A DNA stretch of 64,000 nucleotides from the human T2T-CHM13v2.0 reference genome, Homo sapiens, in NCBI RefSeq assembly GCF_009914755.1, contig NC_060939.1, one strand, 5' to 3'. Under the pieces are notes generated by a model, which saw nothing but the letters and a program-made list of their open reading frames with translations, ran no database searches and had not been told where the DNA came from. This document shows, in pieces, positions 12,561-26,866 of the stretch. Positions within the stretch are counted from its first letter, which is position 1; the number at the start of each line of letters is the position of its first letter. The position numbers and the translations under genes are program-made.

Positions 12561-12828
12561 CTAACTACTCGCCGCGGCCGAGTCCACCGCGCGCTCCCGG
12601 CCGCTCGCCGCCCGCCCAGCCCACCAGCCTGCCCGCCTCCTCTCGGCCCCGCGCGCCGCCCCTCCGCGCGCGCCCTCGCCCGCTCGCCGCGCTCCTGGAG
12701 CCGTGAGCACGCGCGCGCTCACGGGCCCCGGTCGTCTCCCAGGTCTCCCTCAGCCCCAGCGGGAGGAGTCACCGCCAGGCCCCTCCTCTCTGCCTTCCAA
12801 CCTCCAGAGGACGAGACCTAAAGGGTGC

Positions 12829-12870
12829 CTGATTGGCTGCGGAGGGCGGGGCTAAGACAAGGGGCGGGGC
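12829..12870. promoter_or_regulatory. NF-Y CCAAT box (ctgattggct) followed by two Sp/KLF GC boxes (12844-12852, 12861-12870)
   Basis: Direct consensus matches between the two TSS regions. Confidence 0.75.
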
Positions 12871-13080
12871 TGCCGAGACCTTGGGCCCGCGTGAGGGAAA
12901 ATTTGGGTTCGATTAAGCCGCAGAGGAAAAGACCAGGGGAGTCTGGGCCCATTTGGGCGTCGGGGCCCGCTAGGTCAGCCGTCATCGAATACAGAATATG
13001 TTTTCGAGGACGCTAATATGTAGTCATGACCAATTTCAGTTCTTCTACTTTCTGCGGGCCTTCGCAATAAAAAAAAAAAA

Positions 13081-13098
13081 ACTACATCTCCCAGAAAC
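13081..13098 (+). promoter_or_regulatory. ZNF143/THAP11-type motif ACTACAtcTCCCAGaa
   Basis: Matches ACTACAnnTCCCAG, a motif known to be enriched in bidirectional promoters. Confidence 0.8.
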
Positions 13099-13329
13099 CT
13101 CCACGAAAATAAGGCTCACCTTGCGTAACCACGTAGTCCTTCGCCGCATTGGGGCAAAATAATCCCTTCATTTTTGTGAAGGTACCGTGGAAAATATTTC
13201 ATTTTTCTTCTCACCGGAGCAATTGTAAATGCTATGCGGTAAGAGGAGTTACCTGTGGAAAGGTGGTTAAGAGATTAGGTAAAGAAAAGGAAAGGACACC
13301 AAAATAAAGTGCTGCGGAAGAATTTTTGT

Positions 13330-13448
13330 CCAGCTGTGAGACGACGAGTGCGTGAAGTGAAGGCGATTGAGAGGGGCTGAGGGAATTGTCCTCTGTGGAA
13401 GGGACTTTCTTTTGGCCCTAGGCCCCTTCCTGCCCCTGTCGTCAGCAG
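13330..13448 (+). other. HMG20A: HMG20A non-coding exon 1 (5' end approximate)
   Basis: At the right edge of the CpG island, ATG-free, ends CAG|gtcagt (second donor TCA|gtaagc 4 nt downstream), followed by G-rich intron start; agrees with my recollection of the HMG20A mRNA leader. Confidence 0.8.
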
Positions 13449-14795
13449 GTCAGTAAGCAAGGCGAGCTTGGGGGTGGCCCCAGTCGAGATGCCCTTCACC
13501 CCTTGAAGATCACCCCTCTTTTGGTGGTGGTGGTACTGGTTTGTCTCAGTTGGAGGCCGGCTGAATGGGGGCGCCTCAACTTCCGGTTGGGGGAGGGGAG
13601 GAAGGCCGTCCTGGGGAGGGGGGACACCCTCACTTCCTGTGGGGGGGTGGTGATGGTTTGGGGGTGTCCGACCCACTTCCAGTGCTGGTGAGGGCTTGAA
13701 AAGGTGGTGCTTGGTGCCATTCGCGGAGACATTATCTTGCAGCTTGGGGATTGTGTTTTATGTGAAAAGTTAGATTATTCCAAGTTGTGCTGAACACCAA
13801 CCTGCAGTCAGAATTTATGAGTTTGCTTCCACGTGGAATATGGAGCATTTCCTCCCCAGCAAAATTGTCTGTGTTTTCTTCAAAGAATTCGAAAGCCCTT
13901 GTTAAAAATCTCTATGCACCTTTGCAAGACGACATAGCTTGTGTGACTGATGAATTGCCAACACCTGCACCCCTACTCAAGTCCAGCCTTGGCTGGGTGA
14001 AGTGTGGTGCCCTCTGCCTTGACATGCAACAGGAAATCTAGCTTCTCTTTTAAGGAGATAACTTTTTATTTAGGGGACTGAATATTTTACATAAAATCTG
14101 GGGCATTTTCATCTTAGCAGAATGAAAGTATCACACTGAAGTACTCAAATTTGAGGTTACCTTAACTGATAAAATTGACATCTTAAATTATTAGGACTGT
14201 TGATTTTGGGCTACAGGTTTTGCCCTGTGCCTGAGAACAGCTTCTTCAGCCTTAAAAATTCTTATGTGTAGCTTACACGTAACATTTTTGAAAGTTGTAT
14301 TTTATTACATTTTCCTCCTTTGTAATTTAATTCATCACTGATTTTTAAATGGTATCTGTTCTTTGTGGTTTTAAAGTATAAAGCAAGGGTCATGAGACTC
14401 AGCTCAGATTCTAAACAGGAAAAAGTTGGCTCACAAAGAACAAAAGGTCAATAAGAACTTTCTGGTTTTCAGTAGCTCATTTTTAATAAACTATATGTGA
14501 GGCGGTAATAAACACTCAATAATTTTGATTCCTTGGTTCTGTTGTCAGATAACACAATACTTAGAAGGGTGTGTGTCTGTGTATTGAAGGAATCAATCTA
14601 TTTGAAGCTTACTTTGTGAAATCTGAATGTTAGTAATTTTAGTATATATATCAGTGAACCTAGAACTGTATTGTCTTGCAAGAATTTTTGAAGTAATAAG
14701 GCCTGTGTACTTTTTCTTTTGGGATTGTACTTAATCTAGCCTCAGACTCTGCGATTATTTTAATTCTATAATAGTTTTTTTAAAAAGCTGTTTGG

Positions 14796-15164
<369 letters not shown>

Positions 15165-18100
15165 TCACTTTTAAAAAAGAATCTAAGACCCTAAAATCAA
15201 GTATGATTTATATTTTGAAAGACCACACGATTGCTGCAGTAGTTGACTGAAAAAGCAAGACAAAACATTGTCTTTGTGGTTATTAATAGGTTAGGAACAT
15301 GTAGACTGCCCGAAGTAAGAATTAATTGATTAAAGAAGAAGTGTTCACTATCTTCTATATTAATGTAATATAGAAGAAAATATAATATGGTCACCCTGAC
15401 AAATGAAACTGTAGTGTTAGGAATTATTGAAGTATGGAAAGATTGTAGAACTAAATGAAAAAAATAGAGAATATCATGTTAAAATACTGATTGAGATAGA
15501 GTAATATTGCCTTTTGGAAACTGTCTTTATTAAATTGGTCTTTATGGTACTCCATGGAAGAAATACAGTATAATAGAAATAAGAAAAATTGTTGCAGCTG
15601 AAAGACTTGAGCAGCTTGAAGAACTATCTGTTTAGAAGAAAGCAATATATAAAATACCTATCTGAAAGAAGGTATTTTGTGATAAGTGGCAGTTATTCAT
15701 TGGTTCCATCAAAGAAGAAATATTAGAAAAGCTTGTGAAAAATAGAGAGGGAAGGTCCATAGAACCTGTTTTTATTCTTTTTAAAAATGTTTCTTTAGAG
15801 AGGCTTGCTGTCCTCCAAAGGTTTTTTTTTCTTAATGCCCTTTGTGCAGTTTTCTTTGCATGTTTAATAGAAATATAGTATCAAAATTTAAAGAATTAAT
15901 ATTTTTGTACATGTACTGTTACTTCAAGTTAATGAATTTGAGATTTCATTCCATTACTTGCCATATATGTAACAAAGAAAGTGTCAAATCTTTTTTTCAA
16001 ATACTTGGATTAGATAACCATTTTCTTTTCCAAAGACAGTCATTGGATACACTGCTCACAGCAGTTTGAAATATTAAAACCGTAGGTCACAATTCTGGAT
16101 TCCATCTGACTGAAATTAGATTATCCACAGAGATGTTATACATAATACAGAAGTGTCTTTTCATTCTTTCATCTACTTTACTTTGTAAAATCAGGCTAAT
16201 GTTTTGCAACTGTTGCTTTCCTTGTTTGTCGTTTTGGTGGTGGTTTGTTTTTGTTGTTGTTTTTGCCGTAGGGTTGAGGATTAAAGAAAGTATCTTAAGA
16301 ACCTGAATGGTTTTTCACCTTACTGCTTTGCTGTCTCTATTTCATAGCCTTCACAGGTATTCAAATGAGAATACCCTTTACGTGACTTTTCATTATTTAA
16401 GCAAAAGTTTAGAGTGTCTACTATATGCCAGTCACTGTTCTCAGGACTTTGAATACAGTAAATACGGCCAAATATTCATATTCTACTGTAGTTTACTCTC
16501 TAATTTACAAATTAAAACTAGAATTTTGCTCCCTTGGTATTCCTAAATAAGATCTATGTTATGATCGTTGTTCAGACTGGGTAAAGAAGCAGCCCTAAAC
16601 TTGATCTCTCCTGGTCTTAATCTCTAAGCCATTCTAAACCCAGATTTGAATGTTTCAGCCTAATTTTTCTCCAGACCATAGAAGCCCCTGTGTTAAATAT
16701 GCAGTCCCTTTCATTGATACATGTATCATTTTCCTACCATTCTAGCTTCTTTTGTATTGTGAAAACAAATGAGAGTGAACAGTGGGGAAAATATGGGATC
16801 AGATAGGCCCAAATTCAGCACTGGTCTCTGCATTTTACTGGCTGAGCTTACTAGCTTGGTAACCATGAGCAATTTATTTGACCTCCCTAAGCCTCAGTTT
16901 TCCTAAATCCAAATGGGGTTGTTTGGTGGAATCAGAATGTTGTATGTAAATCTCCTGGTCCAATGCCTGGTGCCAGAAGCTTCATTAATGCAATTATCTT
17001 ACCCCCAATCTTGCTTCTGCTACTCTGGCTATTGTGATTTGCCCACATGTCTGTTTTAAGCTTTACATTTTCCCCACAGTATGGGATGCAGTGGTAGACT
17101 GACTGAGCTTCAGCCTTGTCCCCCTATCAGCATGCTCACATAGTTGTCAAGATTTAATTTTTTTTCCTTGTGGGAAGGAGAAATCACTAATTTCCATGAT
17201 TAGAAGATATACAAAATAGAAAAGTTTCAAGAAAAGGAATCTTAATCTTGGCACAAATCACTAAGGTAATTTGAATTGTTACAGGCAGACTTTCAACTCA
17301 TTCTCCTAAACTTATTTAAATACGAAAACCAAAAATGACCTTTCACACTATGATCATACCTCACATTATTCATCTACACATCCAAACGGGATCGCCTCTG
17401 GGGGGAAAAAAATCTGTACTGCACCCAGCATTAATATTTTTTTTTGCTCATGCTATTTTCTGCCTGAAACACTCTTTTTTCCTAGGAATCCCCATCTATC
17501 AAAATGCCACTTTCTTTGAGGTCGTTTCTCAAGTACCACATTTAAGAAATATTTTCTGATATCCATCCTCTTCTACACTCTCCCAAACTGTACACGTTCT
17601 GTCCATTAACTCTCCAGAGCATTATACCTTTCTTACAGCACTTACTGTCCAGTGCTCCTCTTGTTTGTTTTTATTGCGTTGTTGTAGGTAGAGTTTATGC
17701 CTTCCCTAAAAGGCTGCAGACTAGGTCTTATTCCACTCTGTGCTGTCATACCTGGCACAAGACCATTCACATCATAGGTATTCAGTAAATATTTGTGGAC
17801 GTGAGCTGGCTCTTGGAGTATGACAAAACTGATCAATAACTTTTGTCCACAATTATGCCCAGCATCAGCACAATGGCTATCATACATTAGACACTCAAAT
17901 ATCTATAAAATGAAAGAGTGAATAGTAAGTCATCATTCTCTCATTTGGGAGCTTCTTAGGGTGTCAGATAAGCATATATTAAGCACCTCCTATATAACTG
18001 GAGCTGTAAGAACTGATCTCTGCTCCTCAATTTAATTGGAAAAAAGTAAATTGTTACTAATATCTGCAGACTTTGAAGATGGTAGGTGTTTGAGTAGGGA

Positions 18101-18214
18101 TGGCATGGAGAGCTTAATATAGAATTGTTTGCATTGTGAGAGATACCCTCTGCTACCTGAACTCAGAAACCAAATAGATTTTTATATCAAATATTTGGAC
18201 ACTTAACTTGTATT

Positions 18215-19165
18215 TCCACTCCTAGGTATATATCCAAGAGAACTTAAAACATGTTCACACAAAAACTTGCACACAAATATTTGTAGCAGCCTTATTTGTA
18301 AAAGGCAAACTCAAATGTCCATTAATTATTGGATGACTAAACAAAATGCGATATAGCCATACAATGGAATATTATTCAGCAACAAAGAGAAACAAAGTAG
18401 CAATACCTGCTGTAACATGGATAAAACTTGAAAATATTAAAGTGAAAGAAGTCACATACAAAAGGCAACATATTATGTGATTCCATTTATTTAAGATGTC
18501 TAGATTAGGCAAAACTAATAGAGACAGAAAGTACATTAGTGGATGGGAATGGGAGTGACTGCTAGTATGGAGTTTCCTTTGGAAGTGATGAAAATGTGCC
18601 AGAATTAGATAGTGGTGGTGGTTGCATAACCTTATATACTAAAATATCTTGTATACTAATATACAGTTGACACCTGAACAATGAGGGGGTTCGGGGTGCT
18701 AACCCCTGTGTTGTCAAAAATCCATGTATAACTTCTGACTCCCCAAAAAGTTAACTACGTAAATAGCTTACTGCTGACTGGAAGCCTTACCAATAGCATA
18801 AATAGTTGATTAACACATGTTTTATATGTTACATGTACTATGTACTGTATTCTTACAATAAGCTAGAGAAAGAAAATGTTACTAAGAAAATGATAAGGAA
18901 GAAAAAATATGTTTACTATTTATTATTCGTTAAGTGGAAGTGGATTATCATAAAGGTATTCATCCTTGTCATCTTCACATTGAGTAGGCTGAGAAGGAGG
19001 AAGAGGAAAGGTTGGTCTTACTGTCTCAAGTGGTGGAGGCAGAAGAAAATCAGCATATAAGTAGACTCATGCAGTTCAACCCATGTTGTTCAAGGGTCAA
19101 CTGTACAAAAAAAATCCTGAAATATACACTAAAGGGGTCAGTTTTATGGTATGTGAATTATATCT
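18215..19165 (+). mobile_element. L1M (MB/ME-type) 3' end, host of a Tigger2a insertion
   Basis: ccactcctaggtatatatccaagagaa...tggtatgtgaattatatct. Confidence 0.8.
18664..19103. mobile_element. Tigger2a-like TcMar DNA transposon
   Basis: TIRs cagttgacacctgaacaa / ttgttcaagggtcaactg flanked by TA on both sides. Confidence 0.88.
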
Positions 19166-21130
19166 AAAAGAGAGAGATACTTAGACTTGAAGAATAGAGA
19201 ATTTTGAATGGAGCCAGAAGAAAGAAGCAAGAGGTGTGAAAGCAAGGAAATGATCATTCTTTCTCAGATCCTAGAGAGAAATATAAGCAGCTAGGTACAG
19301 GGCTAAAGGTATGTTAAGGATCAGGTGAGGATGGATATGAGGATAGCTTCTGGGTTTTTGTCTTAATGTAGCAGGGATTTTGGTAAATACTTAGACTACA
19401 GAGGTATTAACAAAGGAGAAAAACATCTTATGACCTTGAAGGAAGCTTCAGATTTCTTCTTGATTAGGTCAAGGATGTGGTATATGGTCTTTTTGGTTTC
19501 TGTGTTACGGTCAGCTGAGTTTAAAGAGTGGGAGTATTCTAAGGTAAGGAGTCTAGTAGCAATCAAAACAAAGTTACTGGGGAAGATGGGAGAATAGAGA
19601 CTAGACAAAGATGTTAGAATTTGATTCTAAAGCTCTCCTCAGGTAATAAAAATAGATAAATCTTAATGAGAAGGAACCAAGGGCAGTGATTTGGAGAAGT
19701 CAGTACAAATAAAGGTATTCATTTGAAGAAATATTTGAGTGCCTTTTATGTGCCAGGCACTATTAAATAAAACTATAGCTATTTTCCTTATTTGACTTTT
19801 TTTCTGAAGATAAAATCTTATGAGTGTGATTAATGGTTCTACAAGCATGGGTAGTTCTAGATATGATACCTACATTTCCCTAAAAGATTGTACTGATTTT
19901 TAATGATAACAGCAATGTATAAGGATGTTGTTTTCACCACGATTTTACCAGCAAAAATATTTGGCTAGTTGAACACACATAAAATTATTGTTCTCTTTGC
20001 TTATAATCTGATAAGTGTTTCCATACCTTGGAACCTGGATCTGTTGGAACATGAAGGAATTCAGGACCCTTATACATGTTACCCCATATGGCTTCTTTAA
20101 AGGATATGGATTTTTGAGGATCCTAGAAATCAAAATTCTCTAATTTTATTCAGCTCAAAAAAAAATTTTATTCAGTGCTGCTGTCCTTATTTTCTGAATA
20201 ATATTCAGATTCAGACCACACTGAGCCATAATTCCAATTCCCACTTGACTAACATTTATGTAGTATTGTGCTAGGCACTACATGTTATCTTAATTCTAAT
20301 AATTTGGCATTTTTCCATATGAGAAAAATAAGATTTAGAAAGATTAGATTACTTGCCCAAAATCACTTAACCAGTAAGTGGTAGAGACAGGATTTGAATG
20401 CAGATCCTCTAAGGCCAGTGTTTATTCTCATACTGCATGATCCCTCAGTATCACTACTAAAATTTACTGGAGGATAATGGAAAGTGGAAAATCTGAACTG
20501 GAACTTGGGACAATCAAGCACTGACTTACCTGTGTTCATAATGAAGCATTTAGCAGAGATGTTGTTTGTTGTTTTGTTTTGTTTTTACTGGGGAGGCTAT
20601 AGTACATAAACAGAGCGAAAGATCTTGGTATGGTTAAACCCACATTTTCAAGGCCTTCTGTGTTCTCCCTGATGATCAGGTACCTACTACCCCAAAATCT
20701 GTGATGGTAACAAAGAAGGAGGAAGGCAGCTGTAGAAAAGCAACGGCCTTTGGGTATACCCAGTAAGATTTATGTGATTGTAGAAAGAGCAGGCAAATGG
20801 CTTGGCCTTCAGAGAATCCCACAAAGTAAAGTAACCTTTTAAAATAGTAACTTAAAGTCTGACATAAGATTCTTAACAGGATATTCATCACAAGATAAGA
20901 TATTCAAAGCATAGCGTGTAAGACATTCAAAGCATATCAGCAAAAAAGGAGAGATTCCTTCATTTTTATTGAAGTATGGTATACTCACAAAACAAATTTA
21001 ATATCAGGAATATAAAACAAGAGATACGATGTTCCAATTCTGGCTTTAGTCGGATATTATAAAATTTAATCCCAATTTATAGATAAGGCAATTCAAGGCT
21101 CGAGATTACACACCAAATAAGTGGACTCTA

Positions 21131-21420
21131 GGCTGGGTGTGGTGGCTTCTGTAATCCCAACACTTTGGGAAGCCAAGGCAGAAGGATCGCCTTAGCTCAG
21201 GAGTTTGGGACCGGCTTGGGTAACATAGTGAGATGCTGTCTCTACAAAAAAATAAAAAATAGCCAGACATGGTGGTATATACACATGTGGTCATAGCTAC
21301 TCAGGAGGCTGAGGCCAGAGGATCGCGTAAGCCCAGGAGTTCAAGGCTGTGAGCTGTTATCGAGCCACTGCACTCCAACCTGGGCTACAGAGCAAGACTC
21401 TGTCTCAAAAAAAAAAAAAA
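21131..21420 (+). mobile_element. AluJ
   Basis: Dimeric Alu with A tail. Confidence 0.92.
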
Positions 21421-21504
21421 TGGAGGGGGGAGCCTCTAGAACATAGGCCTTTAATCTGTGTGGTTGTTTTGCAATTTATATGTATAATTTTTAAATAATA
21501 TGTT

Positions 21505-21640
21505 GGCCGGGCACAGTGGTTTGTATCTATAATCTCAACACTTTGGGAGGCTGAGACAGGAGGATTGCTTGAGGCCAGGAGTTTGAGACTAACACAGGCA
21601 ACATAGCAAGACCCCATCTCTACTAAACAAAATAATAATA
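21505..21640 (+). mobile_element. FLAM / left Alu monomer
   Basis: ggccgggcacagtgg...ccccatctctac. Confidence 0.85.
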
Positions 21641-21655
21641 ATTTAATATGGTGGG

Positions 21656-21790
21656 TTTTTTTGTTTTTTTTGTTTTTTTGAGACGGAGTCTTGCTCTGTC
21701 TCCCAGGCTGGAGTGCAGTGGCGCTAGTGAGCTCATGCAATTCTCCTGCCTCAGCCTCCCAAGTAGCTGGGATTACTAGCGCTTGCCTGC
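21656..21790 (-). mobile_element. Partial Alu right arm with internal deletion
   Basis: T tail + gagacggagtcttgctctgtc...gctgggatta. Confidence 0.85.
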
Positions 21791-23560
21791 TTCAAAAGAA
21801 ATGATTTCCAGCACCCCATTTTTTCTTTTCCAGCCTCAAAATTCATATCTCCTTTTTTTCCCCCATGTCCACATGTCCTTCATTCCTATACTTCATAGCT
21901 TTAATTCCTGTTCTCTTGATACAAACCTTCATGTTTGTTGCTTGATGGCATCATAATTATCATAACTTTTTGGCTTAATAACAGTAGCAGTTATATCAAC
22001 AAATAATAAAATGTTCATACTTTTGAGCCAATAATTCCACATATAGAACTTCATTCTGAGAAAATACTTTAAATAAGAAAAATAGTTAAAGGCACAAAAT
22101 GTTAATAGCACTGATATCTATACTGTCTAAAACTTGAAACCTTCTAAATATTCAACAATATAATAATGCCTAAGCAAATTATTGCCTATCTACTCAGTGG
22201 GCTGTAAGACATTCATTTTTCACAATAGCGTCTTTAAGAATACATTGAAAGATGTTGTAAGAATGTTTTTGCAAAAATGAAAAGGAGAAACATCAGAAGA
22301 AAAAGTAGAAAAACTAATGTGATTGGTGTCTATTTCTGAAGCATTTATATTTTCTATATAATAATAATTTACATTTACTGACCACTTACTTGTGTCAGGA
22401 ACAATACTCAAGCAACATTATAGAAGCAACAATTTGTAGTTATTGAAAACTGGTGTTCTAGAATCAAATCTGAGCTTCATCACTTACTAATATGTGGTCT
22501 TGAAAAGGAAATGGAGGATAACTATGTCTACATTAAATTATTAAATCTATATAAAGTATTTGGCACATACAAAACCTACAATAAGAATGTTTTTGTTATC
22601 AGACATTTTATAAATATGTCTCATTTAATCTTCACATCCTCACAGTAACCTCATTAGATAGTGTTAACGTTCATTTTACATGAAAGAAAATTGAAACTTC
22701 AAATGTTTAAATACTCTAGGTTAAATAACTTGCCGAATCACTTAACTAATAAGCAGTAGAGTTTTTATTCAGAGCCCAAGCTATGGTTTCCACTTATGAC
22801 TCTGAGAGATGAGGTTGCTGCAGACTAATGCTTTTGCTAAGAACAGGAAAGATGAGAATTAAAAAGAAAAGTGAAGGCATCAGAGACCTGCTGAGGCATC
22901 CAGGACTTAAGAAACCACAACCATAGAACCAAAGGAGCTTCAGAGAAGTGGGCTGATGTTCCATGCTTCTCTTTTTTCCTAGGAATTTGCTAATTCTTAG
23001 AGCATGACAAGATGCTGTGAAACTTAGCAGAGGGTTTCTTCTAAAAGCAGAGAAGCTGTTAGTTTTATGGGGCGGAGCAGACAAAACTTGGATTTTAGAG
23101 ATCTCCAGGTAGCTAGTTCTTGGGTCAAGATCCCTAGAGAAGGACAGTACCCAGAAACTTTTTTAAAACTTGTTTTCCCCTCACAGTGTTTGCTAGGCAG
23201 AGTCTAGAACTGTAAGAAAGTTAATTTGTATTGCTTTAAGCCAATAGCTTTGGATAACTTGTGACAGCAACAATATGAAACTATTACAGAGACATGAGGA
23301 AATGATGAAGAAGTCTAACATACATATGACTGGAGGAGAGAAAGTTAGAAGCAGTAATATTTTAAGAGACAGTGATTGAGAATTTTCTAAAACCGATGAC
23401 AAATATCAAGCCATGGATTTGAAAAGTGCAAGAAACGACAAGCAGAATAAATACAAGGAGTACCACACTTTCATTCTTCATAGTAAAAATAAAACTGTTG
23501 AAAGTAACCAGAGGAAAAAAGACACATAATCTTCAAAGGAACAATTAGACTGACATCTGA

Positions 23561-24590
<1,030 letters not shown>

Positions 24591-24883
24591 GAGAATGCAA
24601 CCTTTAAGTTCCTTAAAGAAAATAACTGCCAATCTAGAAATCACGATGGCAATTAGAACACATTTACAACAGCGTGATTATGAAAATACATGTGAATCAG
24701 TTAAAGATATACTCAATGAAAAATTTATAGCCTTAAATGCATATATTAGAATAGAAAAAAGTAAAAAATCAGTTATCTAAATACCCATCAAGGTAGGAAA
24801 AGAACAGCAAATTAAACCCAAAGTAAGTAGAAGAAAGGAAATAATAAAAAAATAGAAATCAATGAAATAGAAAACAAATTGTT

Positions 24884-25331
<448 letters not shown>

Positions 25332-25530
25332 TTACAGATTCTACAGATGTCAAAAAGGTAGGAAGATACTATGAACAACCTTACATAGACAGATTTGAAA
25401 TTTTAGATGAAATGGACAAATTGTTAAATGCTTTATTAAAATTGGCATATAAAAAATTGACATGAAGAAATAGAATATCTGAATACTGTTTTTATCTGTT
25501 AAGTAAATTGAATTCAGTATTTAAAATTTT

Positions 25531-25806
25531 GGCTGGGCATGGTGGCTAATGCCTGTAACATCAGCACTTCAGGAGGCCAAAGCTAGAGAATCATTTAAGT
25601 CCAGGAGTTCAAGACCCTGTCTCTACAAGAACATTTTAAAAATTAACCGGGCATGATAGCGTGCACCTATAGTCCTAGCTACTCGGGAGGTAGGAGGATC
25701 GGTTTAGGCTAGGAGTTCGAGGTTACAGTGGGCTGTGATTGTGCCACTGCACTCCAGCCTGGATGTTAGAGACCCTGTCTCTAAAAAAAAAAAAAAAAAA
25801 AAAAAA
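25531..25806 (+). mobile_element. AluJ
   Basis: Diverged Alu with A tail. Confidence 0.9.
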
Positions 25807-26763
25807 TTTCTTCAAAGAAAACCAGGTCTACCTGACTTCACTGGTGAATTCTTACAAATATTTAAAGAAGAAATAACCCCAGTGTTACTCAAACTCTTCA
25901 ATAGAATACAAGTCGTTTTATGAGATCATCTAAGCCTTAATGCCAAGAGCTGGCAGTGATATTTTGAGAGAAGATATTTACAGAGCAATCTCTTTCGTGA
26001 ACCTAAATGTGTTACTTGGGAATATAGGAACTCTAAAAGAATCTATAGACAAACTATTAGAATTAATAAGCAAACTTACACGAGCAACCAACAGTTAGAA
26101 AGTGAAATTTTTAAAATGCCATTTACAATAGAATCAAACAAATCAAATTTAAGTCTTGTAAGATCTTTACACAGAAAACTATAAAACATAGAGAGAAACA
26201 AGATATAATAGGTAGTCATAGATTGGAAGACTTGGTATTGTAAAGATATCATTTCTCTCCAAATTGCTCTATAGATTAAATGGAATCCTAATAAAATCTC
26301 AGGTGATTTGTGTACATGATGGAAGGAGGGACTTACAAGTTGATTCTAAAATTCACATAGACATGAAAAGGACTAAGTAGTCAAGACAAACTTGAAGAAC
26401 AAAGTTGTAAGACTTTATCAGATAACAGGATTTATTATAAAGCTACAGTAATTACAATGTGGTAATGGCGCAAGGATAGACAGATCTGTGGAACATAATT
26501 GAGAGCCCAGAAACAATCCCATATGTATGTAATCAATTTATGACAACAGTAGCATCCACCACAGTAGGGGAGGGATGGATTTTTCATTGAATGGTGCCTG
26601 GTTTTGTGTGGAAGGGGCAGGGAATGAATCTTGAACCCTTACCTCACAACATATACAAAAATCAGGTCTAGTTGGATTATAGAGCTAAATGTGAAAGAAA
26701 AATTTAGGGAGAAACTGGAAAACACCTTTATGATCTTGGAGTAGGTAATGATCCGAAAAGGAA

Positions 26764-26866
26764 GGAGTTTATGAAATTAAAAACTTCATAAACTCATGAA
26801 ATTGGAGTTTATGAAATTAAAAACTTCATAAACTCATGAAATTGGAGTTTATGAAATTAAAAACTT
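26764..26866. repeat. 40-bp tandem repeat x2.6, each unit containing a perfect 11-bp hairpin
   Basis: Unit ggagtttatgaaattaaaaacttcataaactcatgaaatt at 26764 and 26804, partial at 26844. Confidence 0.96.

Larger units (their letters stand above)
11600..13750. promoter_or_regulatory. CpG island / bidirectional promoter
   Basis: Very high GC and CpG density against a CpG-depleted background; divergent first-exon donors on both strands. Confidence 0.95.

Noticed and set aside
11575-13732. Many 60-172 aa ORFs on both strands
   Set aside because: Expected stop-codon scarcity in a CpG island; Arg/Pro/Gly/Ala-rich with no recognisable domain.
24595-24780. 61-aa ORF with an L1 ORF2-like motif (KFIALNAYI)
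   Set aside because: Short remnant of a degraded L1; not functional.
26764-26866. Palindromic direct repeats resembling a CRISPR array
   Set aside because: Units are head-to-tail with no unique spacers, there are no cas genes, and the context is a primate L1.
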